Assembly: GCA_012813795.1 (NCBI GenBank)
Contig: GCA_012813795.1_4087.1
Origin: a phage
Strand: one strand, 5' to 3'
Length of the DNA: 64,000 nt
Each line of letters begins with the position of its first letter. Within the stretch, counting starts at the first letter, position 1. The notes beneath the pieces are model-generated. The model worked only from the letters and a program-made list of their open reading frames with translations. It was not told the DNA's origin and did not search any database. Below, in pieces: positions 1-8,956 of the stretch. A program made the position numbers and the translations under genes.

Positions 1-371
1 TTCATTTACTACATACGACATAATCCATCCGTAATGGATAGGATGATATTTGTCTGAATCAGGAATAAAATATAAAGCTGTACTGGGATTATAACTGAAG
101 AAATCCCTCTCGTCAAATGTTAATCTGGCTAACTTAATTTTCCTTGGAATTGCATGAGGACGAACTGTATTCTTTACACAGAATATACCATCCTTGTATT
201 TTGGTACTATAACATCCAATGCACTCTGGATTAACTCCTGAAAGACTAAATTGATTTGTGCAAATGAATCCTTCTTGTTATGCATTTCGTGCCATAAATC
301 TCGTCTTGCATTTAACATCATTATTACTGGTCTAAGATCCTGTACTACTGTTAGATTCTGCATTGTATTCA
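1..371 (-). CDS. hypothetical protein, 5' part only (gene runs off the window start)
   Basis: Open minus-strand frame from ATG at 369-371 (MNTMQNLTVVQDL...) continuing to position 1 without a stop; not in the ORF track because it is truncated. Confidence 0.3.
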
Positions 372-589
372 TTTATCTCATTCTGTAACTTAACAACCAA
401 AATTTGCGTATGAATTTTTCGTTCAAGGTGCTTGATAAATTTCTGTACCATTTCTTCTTGTACTGATGTACCAAGATAAAATAACATATTAAATTCCGAT
501 AATCGCAAAGCAAAATCTTCATCGCCCCCTTGTAAACAAAAATCCCTGTACTTTGATGCGTACAAATGATGGTTTACATTTTTGTACAT
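332..589 (-). CDS. family-1 small protein (LGTNYQ-type paralogue; FYLGTSVQ variant)
   Basis: 85-aa ORF; shares the core motif and length class of the 24-member array. Confidence 0.55.
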   Translation of the reverse strand: MYKNVNHHLYASKYRDFCLQGGDEDFALRLSEFNMLFYLGTSVQEEMVQKFIKHLERKIHTQILVVKLQNEINEYNAESNSSTGS

Positions 590-792
590 TTAGACTCCTT
601 TGGTGTGCATACTATCTCTGTTCGTAAAGCCCTTATGTATGCATCAACAAATTGTGGCTGTGCTCTCGTTCCTAGATAAAATAATAAATCGAACTCTGCC
701 ATTTTAACATTAAAAGGATCTGAATCTACATTTCGAATAAAATGTCTGTACTTCAATTCATATCCGTTAGGCATCTTCTTGTATACTATCAT
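574..792 (-). CDS. family-1 small protein (FYLGTRAQ variant)
   Basis: 72-aa ORF with the family core motif. Confidence 0.55.
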   Translation of the reverse strand: MIVYKKMPNGYELKYRHFIRNVDSDPFNVKMAEFDLLFYLGTRAQPQFVDAYIRALRTEIVCTPKESKCTKM

Positions 793-1102
793 ATTCTATA
801 CAATCACCTCTTTTAATCGAATCCCAAACTTCCTTCATCTTCTTCTGTAATGCAATCATAATATCTATATCAAACATATAAGGGTCATGAATTAGACTGT
901 ACTGAAATAATTCATCTTCCTGCATAAGAGAAAGATCCTGAAGCAACTCGTACTTACCTAAACTCCTGGGACTCAAATAAGCAAAATATTCTTTACCGTC
1001 CTCAAAAACATAATGTACTTCATGATTCATGTACTTCTTGTAATTCTCATGCGTATAAGCAAATATACAACCGGAATTAATTCTATGAATGTTGAATTTC
1101 AT
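767..1102 (-). CDS. hypothetical protein, EEE-FQYSL motif family
   Basis: 111-aa ORF; motif EDELFQYSLIHD shared with 1110..1445, 1963..2304 and 58578..59156. Confidence 0.55.
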   Translation of the reverse strand: MKFNIHRINSGCIFAYTHENYKKYMNHEVHYVFEDGKEYFAYLSPRSLGKYELLQDLSLMQEDELFQYSLIHDPYMFDIDIMIALQKKMKEVWDSIKRGDCIEYDSIQEDA

Positions 1103-1109
1103 ATATCCC

Positions 1110-1445
1110 CTATATTACAATTCTATGCACATCTTGAATGAAATGCTTTGGAAGATTACTATACGATATCATCTGCCTTTGTACTTCCTTCATTTCATTG
1201 AACGTAAATCCAAAAGAATCATCGTGTACTAAACTGTACTGAAACTCTTCTTCTTCAGAGATATCAACTAGATTCGGTACTGCAATCTTGTTTCCTGTGG
1301 ATTTTACACCGTCTACCCAATAGAAACAATTATCAACTTTATTGTACTCAAATACCTTAACCCCAGAACCGCTCTGGAAATTGGACAACGCAATGAAACA
1401 GATTTTATCTCTGACAATACAATTGAATTTACGTGTCATCTCCAT
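1110..1445 (-). CDS. hypothetical protein, EEE-FQYSL motif family
   Basis: 111-aa ORF; motif EEEEFQYSLVHDD; paralogue of 767..1102. Confidence 0.55.
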   Translation of the reverse strand: MEMTRKFNCIVRDKICFIALSNFQSGSGVKVFEYNKVDNCFYWVDGVKSTGNKIAVPNLVDISEEEEFQYSLVHDDSFGFTFNEMKEVQRQMISYSNLPKHFIQDVHRIVI

Positions 1446-1681
1446 CTCTCTCCGTCATCGCAAGAGTACTGGTACGTTGTCGTTAGGGTAGGAACCATGT
1501 TTGTAATCGGCATGTTATTCACAATAACCGTTACGGGCATCATAACCGTCTCTTTTCTACTCTGTCCTGTCTTTGTGCAATTCATCTTGTGCATTTCATC
1601 TGAATCCAGATACGCTAATACAAACGGTGCAATCCCAAGAACAATACACAAGACGATAAGGAAATTTAAAAATTTTAACAT
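1436..1681 (-). CDS. small protein with hydrophobic N-terminal segment (possible membrane or secreted)
   Basis: 81-aa ORF; N-terminus MLKFLNFLIVLCIVLGIAPFVLA is TM/signal-like. Confidence 0.45.
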   Translation of the reverse strand: MLKFLNFLIVLCIVLGIAPFVLAYLDSDEMHKMNCTKTGQSRKETVMMPVTVIVNNMPITNMVPTLTTTYQYSCDDGERWR

Positions 1682-1719
1682 AATCTGTACCCTATGATTA
1701 ACGTTAGTGTACTATAGCA

Positions 1720-1950
1720 CTACATTAGAGTACTGTCAACTGCTTTGTTCTCTATTATGCTCATTAAACCCCAAATTAGATAACGAACACTATCAGCTTG
1801 ATAGTTAGTACCTACTGTGCATTTTAAAATTAACTCATCTTTCAGTACTGCACGTTCTTCTTGGGGTATAGGAAGAGAATTTATTTGTTGTATTTGTGGT
1901 TGTAAAGTATTAATAAGCTTACAGTACTCTTCGAATGATAATCTTTTCAT
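1720..1950 (-). CDS. family-1 small protein (VGTNYQ)
   Basis: 76-aa ORF with the family core motif. Confidence 0.6.
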   Translation of the reverse strand: MKRLSFEEYCKLINTLQPQIQQINSLPIPQEERAVLKDELILKCTVGTNYQADSVRYLIWGLMSIIENKAVDSTLM

Positions 1951-1962
1951 GGTTCAGTACTC

Positions 1963-2304
1963 TTAATACTCAATAATGTGTTCTTCATAAGCATCACGAG
2001 GCTCCTGTTTAGTTTCTTTCATTAGTACTATCATTTTATGTACTAAGGGCATAGGAAACTCTAAATCCCATACTAATGATTCCTGAAAGTATTCCTCTTC
2101 TGATAAAGTACTTAAATCTTCAATGTCAATGTGTTCGTACATATTATTTTCGTAATTAGCAAAAGATATATATAAACCTCCTGTGGAACTGTAAGTAACT
2201 GTGAATGGCGTACCCTTGTAGTCCATTACATCTTTACATAGACTACTTTTGATGTATATATTTTCATACGATATGTATACCTTGAGTTGAATATTAGTTT
2301 TCAT
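1963..2304 (-). CDS. hypothetical protein, EEE-FQYSL motif family
   Basis: 113-aa ORF; motif SEEEYFQESLVWD. Confidence 0.55.
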   Translation of the reverse strand: MKTNIQLKVYISYENIYIKSSLCKDVMDYKGTPFTVTYSSTGGLYISFANYENNMYEHIDIEDLSTLSEEEYFQESLVWDLEFPMPLVHKMIVLMKETKQEPRDAYEEHIIEY

Positions 2305-2306
2305 TT

Positions 2307-2528
2307 TTAAACACCTATTCCATTAGCAATAGCATCACGTAAAGCTGTCAAATACTTCTGTACTGCTTGCTCTTGATGATTTGTATCTAAAAGTATATAC
2401 ATCCATAATTCACTGTAATGTACATCTTGTGTATAAGGGTCATTGTAACTTTTTGATAATATAGCATCAAATTCAGATGCATGAACCCTTGTGAACTTAA
2501 GAATATCTTTTTGTGTTATGATTCTCAT
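2307..2528 (-). CDS. family-1 small protein (divergent LLDTNHQ)
   Basis: 73-aa ORF; stop/start overlap with neighbour. Confidence 0.6.
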   Translation of the reverse strand: MRIITQKDILKFTRVHASEFDAILSKSYNDPYTQDVHYSELWMYILLDTNHQEQAVQKYLTALRDAIANGIGV

Positions 2529-2740
2529 ATCTTTTCCTGTACTATCTTTATAAGAATCTCAATATATGAATTAACAGTTATTTCTTGATGCTGTGTTCCT
2601 AAGAGTAGCAGTACTATCATCTCTGAACGCAAAAGATTTTTTTCAAGTTCCCCTATATCAGTTCTTGTATCAAGTACAATAAATTCTTTCTTATTTTTTC
2701 TGAATAGTGCCAAGTACTCTTGGTTTGATATTTCCTTCAT
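2525..2740 (-). CDS. family-1 small protein (LLGTQHQ)
   Basis: 71-aa ORF; ATGA overlap with flanking paralogues. Confidence 0.6.
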   Translation of the reverse strand: MKEISNQEYLALFRKNKKEFIVLDTRTDIGELEKNLLRSEMIVLLLLGTQHQEITVNSYIEILIKIVQEKI

Positions 2741-2967
2741 AGTTTATCCCTGATGCCATTTAAAAGTGCTCTAATATGCTCCTGTACGAATTGGTACTGA
2801 CTGTCTGTTCCTAGAGTGAGTAACAATCTTAAATCTGAACTTTTGATATGATATTCTAAATCATTATTTGATTCTTGCATCAGTTTCTTAAAGGATGAGA
2901 AGTTTGCTGCCATTAGTTCAATGTATTCTGCTGTTCCTAGGGGTTTGTGTATGTGCTGTCTGTGCAT
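2737..2967 (-). CDS. family-1 small protein (LTLGTDSQ)
   Basis: 76-aa ORF; start codon uncertain. Confidence 0.5.
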   Translation of the reverse strand: MHRQHIHKPLGTAEYIELMAANFSSFKKLMQESNNDLEYHIKSSDLRLLLTLGTDSQYQFVQEHIRALLNGIRDKL

Positions 2968-3179
2968 TTTAATTGTATTACCCTTTTGAGTGTATTAATG
3001 TAATTATAAACATTGGCTTCTTGATAGTTAGTTCCTAGAGTAGCTTGAACGTAGATTTCATTTAACTTAATAATTTTATCCGTATCTGGTAGTTTTGATG
3101 TGTTAATGGCAAATAACTTCAAAAACAGTCCATTTATGATTGTTCGGTATTCTTCTCCGGTAATGATTCGCATTTGCAT
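2937..3179 (-). CDS. family-1 small protein (ATLGTNYQ)
   Basis: 80-aa ORF with the family core motif. Confidence 0.6.
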   Translation of the reverse strand: MQMRIITGEEYRTIINGLFLKLFAINTSKLPDTDKIIKLNEIYVQATLGTNYQEANVYNYINTLKRVIQLKCTDSTYTNP

Positions 3180-3379
3180 TGGATAGACCTTTGGAGTGTA
3201 TTAAGATAATCCACGATGATGTGTTCTTGATAGTTAGTTCCTATAGTAGCTAGAACATAGATTTCACTTATTAGAATATTTTTTTCATCCTGTGATAATT
3301 CTTCTGACCAGCTACGATGCAACTTTGGAATTAAACTACTTAATAGTTGGTTGTATTCAGTAGGTGAAATGATTTTCAT
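3134..3379 (-). CDS. family-1 small protein (ATIGTNYQ)
   Basis: 81-aa ORF with the family core motif. Confidence 0.6.
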   Translation of the reverse strand: MKIISPTEYNQLLSSLIPKLHRSWSEELSQDEKNILISEIYVLATIGTNYQEHIIVDYLNTLQRSIQCKCESLPEKNTEQS

Positions 3380-3591
3380 TTACATCTTCTCAGTACTGAT
3401 TCTTTAAGTTCATCGATGTAGTCCTCAACAAATTGTTCTTGTAGGTTTGTTCCGAGATGTAACAGTACTCTTAAATCTGCTCTCAGTACTTCTTTGTCAT
3501 CTTCATCTATATCAGACAGTGATATGTTTAAGAATTTACTTGAATTCTCTATAAGTAATATTACTTCATCACCTTCGCTTAAAATTTTCAT
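3376..3591 (-). CDS. family-1 small protein (LHLGTNLQ)
   Basis: 71-aa ORF; ATGA overlap. Confidence 0.6.
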   Translation of the reverse strand: MKILSEGDEVILLIENSSKFLNISLSDIDEDDKEVLRADLRVLLHLGTNLQEQFVEDYIDELKESVLRRCK

Positions 3592-3797
3592 AATCTTTGT
3601 GTTTTCCTCGACAGTAGATACAGGTAACGTTCAGTGCATTGTTCTTGATAGTTTGTTCCTAATAAATGAACTAATTGTTGTTCAGCTATAGAAAGCTGTT
3701 TATCTTCATAACAAGCGTATCGTTGTTTCCTATGGTATTCTTTATTGATAACATCAAGGATGATAACACCGTATTCGTCATCGGTCAAGTGTTTCAT
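3588..3797 (-). CDS. family-1 small protein (HLLGTNYQ)
   Basis: 69-aa ORF with the family core motif. Confidence 0.6.
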   Translation of the reverse strand: MKHLTDDEYGVIILDVINKEYHRKQRYACYEDKQLSIAEQQLVHLLGTNYQEQCTERYLYLLSRKTQRL

Positions 3798-4035
3798 GTG
3801 CTTTTCTTTTTCTTATATGTTTAGTTAAAAGGTATATTAGTTTTCTTACGTACTCGTCTTGATAGTTAGTCCCTAATAGTGCAAGAAGTTTTGCTTCAAC
3901 TAAAGCTAATTGTCGTTCTTCAAATGTGTGTTCCAGAATGTACTTGGGGTTTGATTTTTTAGAAATTGCACTATTAGTCTTCATTATAATCTTATGATAT
4001 TCATTGACCGTCAAGATTTTTATATTCTTGATCAT
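3778..4035 (-). CDS. family-1 small protein (ALLGTNYQ)
   Basis: Track ORF 3778..4146 trimmed to internal Met MIKNIKILTVNEY, which matches family N-termini and removes overlap with the next gene. Confidence 0.5.
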   Translation of the reverse strand: MIKNIKILTVNEYHKIIMKTNSAISKKSNPKYILEHTFEERQLALVEAKLLALLGTNYQDEYVRKLIYLLTKHIRKRKAHETLDR

Positions 4036-4255
4036 ATATCTTTTCCTTAATAGTAATTTTAAGATATCTAAGAATCGATCGAACATAATAATCCTGTCTA
4101 TCGGTTCCAAGAAAGTACAGGAGTTGTTGATATAATACTTCTGCACTCCTTGCAGCAGGGGTTTGGTTTGGGTCTTTTGGAAGTTGATTTGTATGTTTTC
4201 TGGATTTAATTATTCTTTCTTTTATTTCATCGTCTGTTAAGTATATCATTTGCAT
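4001..4255 (-). CDS. family-1 small protein (YFLGTDRQ)
   Basis: Track ORF 4001..4291 trimmed to Met at MQMIYLTDDEI. Confidence 0.5.
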   Translation of the reverse strand: MQMIYLTDDEIKERIIKSRKHTNQLPKDPNQTPAARSAEVLYQQLLYFLGTDRQDYYVRSILRYLKITIKEKIYDQEYKNLDGQ

Positions 4256-4482
4256 TTTATGTTCCTCACATGAATTGTTTGGATTAAACATTCAATCCAA
4301 GATGTAACATATCTTGTTTGATATTGTGTGCCTAAGAGACTCTGCATTTTAAACTCTGCTTCAAGTTCATATCTCTTTTCTATCGTAAAGCTTAAATGAC
4401 CATATTCTGCATCGTATCTTCTCAGTGATTCCCCAATTCTAGTAAATCTTTCTGCTAAGTTGATGTTATTCACAGTATTCAT
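4246..4482 (-). CDS. family-1 small protein (SLLGTQYQ)
   Basis: 78-aa ORF with the family core motif. Confidence 0.6.
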   Translation of the reverse strand: MNTVNNINLAERFTRIGESLRRYDAEYGHLSFTIEKRYELEAEFKMQSLLGTQYQTRYVTSWIECLIQTIHVRNIKCK

Positions 4483-4742
4483 CGATCAGTACACCTCAGT
4501 GGTTGGGTCATTTGATAAAAGTACAGCTTACCTCTGATTTCCATTAACAACTCGGCGATGACGCGATTTACTTCTGTCTCTTGATAGTTTGTTCCTAAGA
4601 AGACACCCATCTTTAACTCACGATGCATAATCATCTTCTTACTGTGTTGAATTTCTTGGCTGTAATAGATTGCATTACGTTTAGGTGAGATTTTTGCTAG
4701 TCGCTCGTTATATTCATCTTGACTTAAATTGATCATTTGCAT
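4479..4742 (-). CDS. family-1 small protein (VFLGTNYQ)
   Basis: 87-aa ORF; ATGA overlap. Confidence 0.6.
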   Translation of the reverse strand: MQMINLSQDEYNERLAKISPKRNAIYYSQEIQHSKKMIMHRELKMGVFLGTNYQETEVNRVIAELLMEIRGKLYFYQMTQPLRCTDR

Positions 4743-4957
4743 TTACTTTGGACCTCATTTTGAAGTGCATTAATGACCTTCAGTACAGCACTCGCTTGAT
4801 AGTTTGTTCCTAAGACTGAAAGCATCTTGATCTCATTTACTACAATCCACTTATTTGATTGTTCAATAATGTAACTTTCATAAATGGCCTTGCGTAATGA
4901 ATAAGTTTTTGCAAGACGTACATAATATTCATCTTTACTTAAATTAATCATTTGCAT
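4733..4957 (-). CDS. family-1 small protein (SVLGTNYQ)
   Basis: 74-aa ORF; N-terminus MQMINLSKDEY is near-identical to that of 4479..4742. Confidence 0.6.
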   Translation of the reverse strand: MQMINLSKDEYYVRLAKTYSLRKAIYESYIIEQSNKWIVVNEIKMLSVLGTNYQASAVLKVINALQNEVQSKCK

Positions 4958-5166
4958 TTACTTTTAACCTCTTTCTGGAGTGCATCAATCCATAGGTCTA
5001 TATACGTTTGTTGATAGTTTGTGCCTAAGAGTGCCTCTACATAGAGTTCAGCTACCTTTGCGTGCTTTAGGTCAACAGGGATGCTCTTATCGCTTGATAA
5101 CATTCTCCTTCTGCTGGTGCATGTTTTCAGAAGCCTGATGTATTCAACACCTTGTAATTTTCTCAT
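4948..5166 (-). CDS. family-1 small protein (ALLGTNYQ)
   Basis: 72-aa ORF with the family core motif. Confidence 0.6.
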   Translation of the reverse strand: MRKLQGVEYIRLLKTCTSRRRMLSSDKSIPVDLKHAKVAELYVEALLGTNYQQTYIDLWIDALQKEVKSKCK

Positions 5167-5378
5167 TCTCTGGATATCACCTTGTTACGTAGACTTGCTA
5201 ACCATGCGTCAGTATAGATGTTTTGATAGTTTGTCCCAATGAAGATAGATAGCTTCATTTCAGTTATTATAACACATTTGTCCACTTGTGCAATAGATTT
5301 GTTTAAAGAAATACTAGAAACTTTTGCTTGTATAGTTCGCAACAGCCTGTAATATTCATACCCACTAAGGATTTTCAT
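5163..5378 (-). CDS. family-1 small protein (IFIGTNYQ)
   Basis: 71-aa ORF; ATGA overlap. Confidence 0.6.
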   Translation of the reverse strand: MKILSGYEYYRLLRTIQAKVSSISLNKSIAQVDKCVIITEMKLSIFIGTNYQNIYTDAWLASLRNKVISRE

Positions 5379-5625
5379 TCTCTCGTCTCCAGACTTCCGT
5401 TCTTATATGTTGTTGATATGCTTCCAGATAGTTCTCTATTGCCTTAGCGATTGTTTGTGTATCGTCTCCCGTCATCAGTACAAGCATCTCTGCTTCACAG
5501 TGAATAAGTCTGCTGATATCATTAGTGAGTTTATCAGATACTGTATCATAGTGTTTGTGGATTAGTTTCTGAAATAGTTTAACGTACATGATGTGATTTA
5601 TTCTGGATCGCATTGTCTTTTCCAT
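5365..5625 (-). CDS. family-1-like small protein (divergent; LVLMTGDDTQ)
   Basis: 86-aa ORF embedded in the array; weaker motif match. Confidence 0.45.
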   Translation of the reverse strand: MEKTMRSRINHIMYVKLFQKLIHKHYDTVSDKLTNDISRLIHCEAEMLVLMTGDDTQTIAKAIENYLEAYQQHIRTEVWRRENENP

Positions 5626-5849
5626 TCTCTTTTGGTCTGGCGGGTTTTATATGCTACAAGGTTTCTTAGTGCATTGATATAACGATCAGTGAAGATATCT
5701 TGTTTATTAGTTCCAACGAATTTAAGAAGAAACACGTCACCATTAACTACATCATTCTCAGGGGAAGGATAAAGTTCATTGTTCTTGCGAAGGGTGTTTA
5801 GTAAAGAGAATAGGGCAGATTGATACTCAGTGCTTGATAATACTTTCAT
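5598..5849 (-). CDS. family-1 small protein (KFVGTNKQ)
   Basis: 83-aa ORF with the family core motif. Confidence 0.55.
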   Translation of the reverse strand: MKVLSSTEYQSALFSLLNTLRKNNELYPSPENDVVNGDVFLLKFVGTNKQDIFTDRYINALRNLVAYKTRQTKREWKRQCDPE

Positions 5850-6073
5850 TAGTTCATTCCCTTTCTTTCTATATGTTTCATAAGAACATTAAGATACTCA
5901 CCCACAAACCTATTCTGATACTGCGTCCCCATGAATTCAAACAGCCATACTTCAGCAACCATTTCTTCAATTTCATTCCAAGATAAGTACATCATAGTGA
6001 AGTAAATGTGGTTCTCTTTTTGAGATGCACACCTTGAGCGAGCCTCGTATTCAAAGTTATTAATGCAGTTCAT
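5849..6073 (-). CDS. family-1 small protein (EFMGTQYQ)
   Basis: 74-aa ORF with the family core motif. Confidence 0.55.
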   Translation of the reverse strand: MNCINNFEYEARSRCASQKENHIYFTMMYLSWNEIEEMVAEVWLFEFMGTQYQNRFVGEYLNVLMKHIERKGMN

Positions 6074-6282
6074 AGTTTACTCCTGATGTATTTCTCAAGA
6101 GCTATTAGATACTCTTGGACATAAGATTTCTGGTGGTCAGTTCCTAAGAAGACACCCATAAGTAATTCTTTTTCCATAACTTTTGATAAGTGTACATCAT
6201 CACGGTCTGCATATATCAGCAAGATTTCAATCTGCTTAGAATTGTAACGTTTCCTATATTGCTCTGGTGTTAATATAATCAT
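6070..6282 (-). CDS. family-1 small protein (VFLGTDHQ)
   Basis: 70-aa ORF; ATGA overlap. Confidence 0.6.
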   Translation of the reverse strand: MIILTPEQYRKRYNSKQIEILLIYADRDDVHLSKVMEKELLMGVFLGTDHQKSYVQEYLIALEKYIRSKL

Positions 6283-6497
6283 AGTTTACTCTTTATATCT
6301 TCAATTAAAAATCCAATCCAATCATTGACATACTCTTCCTGAAAGTTTGTGTCCAGTACAGCCATCATGCGATATTCTGCTCTTTTGGCGTCGATTACAG
6401 TTTTAGGGAGGTCACCATGTATATCTATCATGTCATCAAGGTATTTCAATATACGACCAAATGCTTGTGTCTGTGTTATGATTTTCAATGTTTGCAC
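6279..6497 (-). CDS. family-1 small protein (AVLDTNFQ)
   Basis: 72-aa ORF with the family core motif. Confidence 0.55.
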   Translation of the reverse strand: MQTLKIITQTQAFGRILKYLDDMIDIHGDLPKTVIDAKRAEYRMMAVLDTNFQEEYVNDWIGFLIEDIKSKL

Positions 6498-6685
6498 CTC
6501 GCTCGTATGTCAGCTTTCAAAGATTCCAAATAGTGAGTTATCCACACTTCCTGATAGTTGGTTCCCATCGCAATCAACAGGTACAACTCAACTCTTTCTA
6601 AGTGCACATTGCTTTGGTAAATCCTTGCCGTGTTTTTACGTAGTATATGATGATATTCATCTTGGGTTAATGTACGCATTTTCAT
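6485..6685 (-). CDS. family-1 small protein (IAMGTNYQ)
   Basis: 66-aa ORF with the family core motif. Confidence 0.6.
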   Translation of the reverse strand: MKMRTLTQDEYHHILRKNTARIYQSNVHLERVELYLLIAMGTNYQEVWITHYLESLKADIRARCKH

Positions 6686-6879
6686 AGTTTACCATTTATC
6701 TCTAAACATAACTCTTTTACATATAGTTTAACATATTCATTTTGTAAGTTAGTTCCTAAGAATAGTTCCATAACTAATTCACGTTTATAGGCATTACCAC
6801 GTTTATGAGACTTATACATTATCATAGCCATGTTATTGATAAGTCTTTCGTGATGCTCTTCTTGGGTTAAAATACGCAT
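6682..6879 (-). CDS. family-1 small protein (LFLGTNLQ); first gene of the array
   Basis: 65-aa ORF; ATGA overlap with 6485..6685. Confidence 0.6.
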   Translation of the reverse strand: MRILTQEEHHERLINNMAMIMYKSHKRGNAYKRELVMELFLGTNLQNEYVKLYVKELCLEINGKL

Positions 6880-6949
6880 AGGGTAAATTCCATAGGTTCA
6901 TATATGAAAAAACATCATACCCCATACGAGGCATGATGTCAAGTAGAAC

Positions 6950-7372
6950 TTATTTTTTCAAATAATTACATATATCGTTAATACTCATATTTTCTTGTTT
7001 AGTATATGGCCTGGTGTTTTCATATAAATCCCCAGATACACCGTTGTCATGTGGAACAGATAAATTACCCACATCAAACGAACTAATTACTGTATTTGAT
7101 ACATCAAGAAGGTTGAATTTATATTGGTTACTGGGTGTATCTAAAACAAATTGACCTTTATAATCTGAATATTCAATGTTAAATATTTCAGAATCATCAC
7201 TTATGAAATAAACACTTGAACGCATAACATCTTCATTCTTATTAACACAATTAATCAACATAGAATTCGATAGTATATGATAACTGAATGACATTTTTAG
7301 TAAGTTTTTTGGAAATTGAACATTTGCATCCATTTGTATATTAGAATTATAATCAACTTTAAATTTAATCAT
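6950..7372 (-). CDS. hypothetical protein
   Basis: 140-aa ORF, no recognisable motif. Confidence 0.5.
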   Translation of the reverse strand: MIKFKVDYNSNIQMDANVQFPKNLLKMSFSYHILSNSMLINCVNKNEDVMRSSVYFISDDSEIFNIEYSDYKGQFVLDTPSNQYKFNLLDVSNTVISSFDVGNLSVPHDNGVSGDLYENTRPYTKQENMSINDICNYLKK

Positions 7373-7607
7373 TGGTTTCTCCTTATGTTATTTGTTATGA
7401 TTATAGCATACGAAACATTTTTGTCCCACCCATGAACCCCTTCACACGAGCTAAGCAATTACCCGCCCCTAGTTGCCCTAAGTTATAATAACAGGTCGTT
7501 ATTATCACTGGGGTTATAAGGTATTGGTTCATTTTTTAATTGAGTCAATTATTTTTTGACTCAATTATTTTCTGACTAATAGTTTTAGTACTGAATCATT
7601 TAATTCA

Positions 7608-7817
7608 TTAATCATTACTTACTGCAATGATAATCTGCGTATCCGCGTAGTCCTGCCAGACTTCACCGCCAGCCTTTGCCCTGGTTAGTCGTGCTGTCAT
7701 CTGCTTAATAGTCTTAGGCTTTAGTGGAACCTGTTGCAGTACTGTACGCATAGCATCATCGACGTTATAGTGTACGCCTGCAATAGTACCTAGAACGCTG
7801 TATACTGTATAGTTCAT
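7608..7817 (-). CDS. hypothetical small protein
   Basis: 69-aa ORF. Confidence 0.5.
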   Translation of the reverse strand: MNYTVYSVLGTIAGVHYNVDDAMRTVLQQVPLKPKTIKQMTARLTRAKAGGEVWQDYADTQIIIAVSND

Positions 7818-7885
7818 GTGTATGTACTCCTGATATAGTTAAGGCCGCTAGAGAGCGGCCTATGATGTTTGGTGATGTGTAACGC

Positions 7886-8287
7886 TTACAACCCTAAGAT
7901 AGTACGGGCTTCGTTACGCTCCTTAGTCTGCTGCATGATGTAAGCGAGCAAGTCCTTACTAATGTATCCCGTGCCCATAGCTTCACGGATGGATACATCA
8001 TAAGCACCGAACCCCGTGCGAACGATACGCACATCATTCAGGTTAGTGTTATAGATACCGCCGAGGTCAACGGCTTCAAATACTGCATCAACAGTATATT
8101 CATTGTTACCATCATTGAAGTTTTCCAGTTCAATAGTATTGTTAGTTGCCCAACGTTTACAGCTTCCAATGATGCGGCAATATTCAGGGTGCATGTGACC
8201 ATTGTTTACAGCATACTCCATGCCAGCTTTACCAAAAGTCCGAGCCAGTACTAAAACGTCAGCGTAGGAAGTGATTGAGAAAGTCAT
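7886..8287 (-). CDS. hypothetical protein
   Basis: Track ORF trimmed to Met MTFSITSY at 8287, preceded by an RBS and a promoter/stem-loop cassette; the track N-terminus is read-through of the promoter. Confidence 0.6.
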   Translation of the reverse strand: MTFSITSYADVLVLARTFGKAGMEYAVNNGHMHPEYCRIIGSCKRWATNNTIELENFNDGNNEYTVDAVFEAVDLGGIYNTNLNDVRIVRTGFGAYDVSIREAMGTGYISKDLLAYIMQQTKERNEARTILGL

Positions 8288-8306
8288 GGTAGTACTCCTT
8301 AAGTTA

Positions 8307-8369
8307 GGAGGGAGAACCATTTCCCCCTCTCTATGTAAAACATTATACACTTTACTAAGTACTATGCAA
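8307..8369 (-). promoter_or_regulatory. early-type promoter plus 5' stem-loop cassette (minus strand: TTGCAT-N-TATAAT then GGGAGAA..TTCCCCC hairpin)
   Basis: Plus strand shows atgcaa (8364-8369) and attata (8342-8347) with a GGGAG-containing inverted repeat between the -10 box and the ATG at 8287; same architecture recurs >30 times. Confidence 0.6.
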
Positions 8370-8376
8370 GTACTTT

Positions 8377-8709
8377 TTACATTTTAATACCTGGATTCAG
8401 GTAGCGGTGAGATCCATATTCTGGATCGGTTTCGGTCCAGTACTGTAAATCGATAGTACCTTTAGCGTTAATCTTGTCTACCAGCTTATTCATCTTAGCG
8501 TATACTACGTCCGCATCGATGCGTTTAAAGCCAGTAGCTTTAGTGTAGTAGTAGTGATTTGCTTCGCTATCATTGAGGATATACCGAGCACCGTTTGCAG
8601 TTTGTGCGATAATGATTGAGTATTCTACTTCCCGATCCAGCCCGTCAATGAATACAGATGAAACATTGGTACGGATGAAAGCGTTTACGATAGCGATTGA
8701 AGTACTCAT
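8377..8709 (-). CDS. hypothetical protein
   Basis: Trimmed to Met MSTSIAIVNAF at 8709 with RBS GGAG. Confidence 0.55.
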   Translation of the reverse strand: MSTSIAIVNAFIRTNVSSVFIDGLDREVEYSIIIAQTANGARYILNDSEANHYYYTKATGFKRIDADVVYAKMNKLVDKINAKGTIDLQYWTETDPEYGSHRYLNPGIKM

Positions 8710-8860
8710 TTGTGAATCTCCTAACTTTGTGGGCCGTCGCACCATTGCCGCCCTACGAGATACATTATTGCAGTACTGCTATACTTTGTCAATAGTTTTT
8801 TATTAATAGTTTTCCACTCCACCAGCAGATAGTTACTCACCGTTATTAACTATATATTTT

Positions 8861-8950
8861 AGATACACCTATGCACCCTGTGGGCTAGTTTTTGTCTATG
8901 CGTATATAATAGCAAAGGGACTGACCGGAGTCAATCCCTTTTTTTATTCT
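8861..8950 (-). terminator. repeated intergenic module: conserved motif, hairpin GGGATTGAC-UCCG-GUCAGUCCC (minus RNA), -10-like TATTAT
   Basis: Hairpin at 8917-8938; its 5' arm carries TTGACT; near-identical copies at 11932-12025, 15245-15335 and 17701-17800. Confidence 0.5.
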
Positions 8951-8956
8951 TTTTTG

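Noticed and set aside
6349-6687. Plus-strand ORF (112 aa) inside the family-1 array
   Set aside because: Fully overlaps well-supported minus-strand paralogues, has no RBS and low-complexity translation; an antisense artefact.
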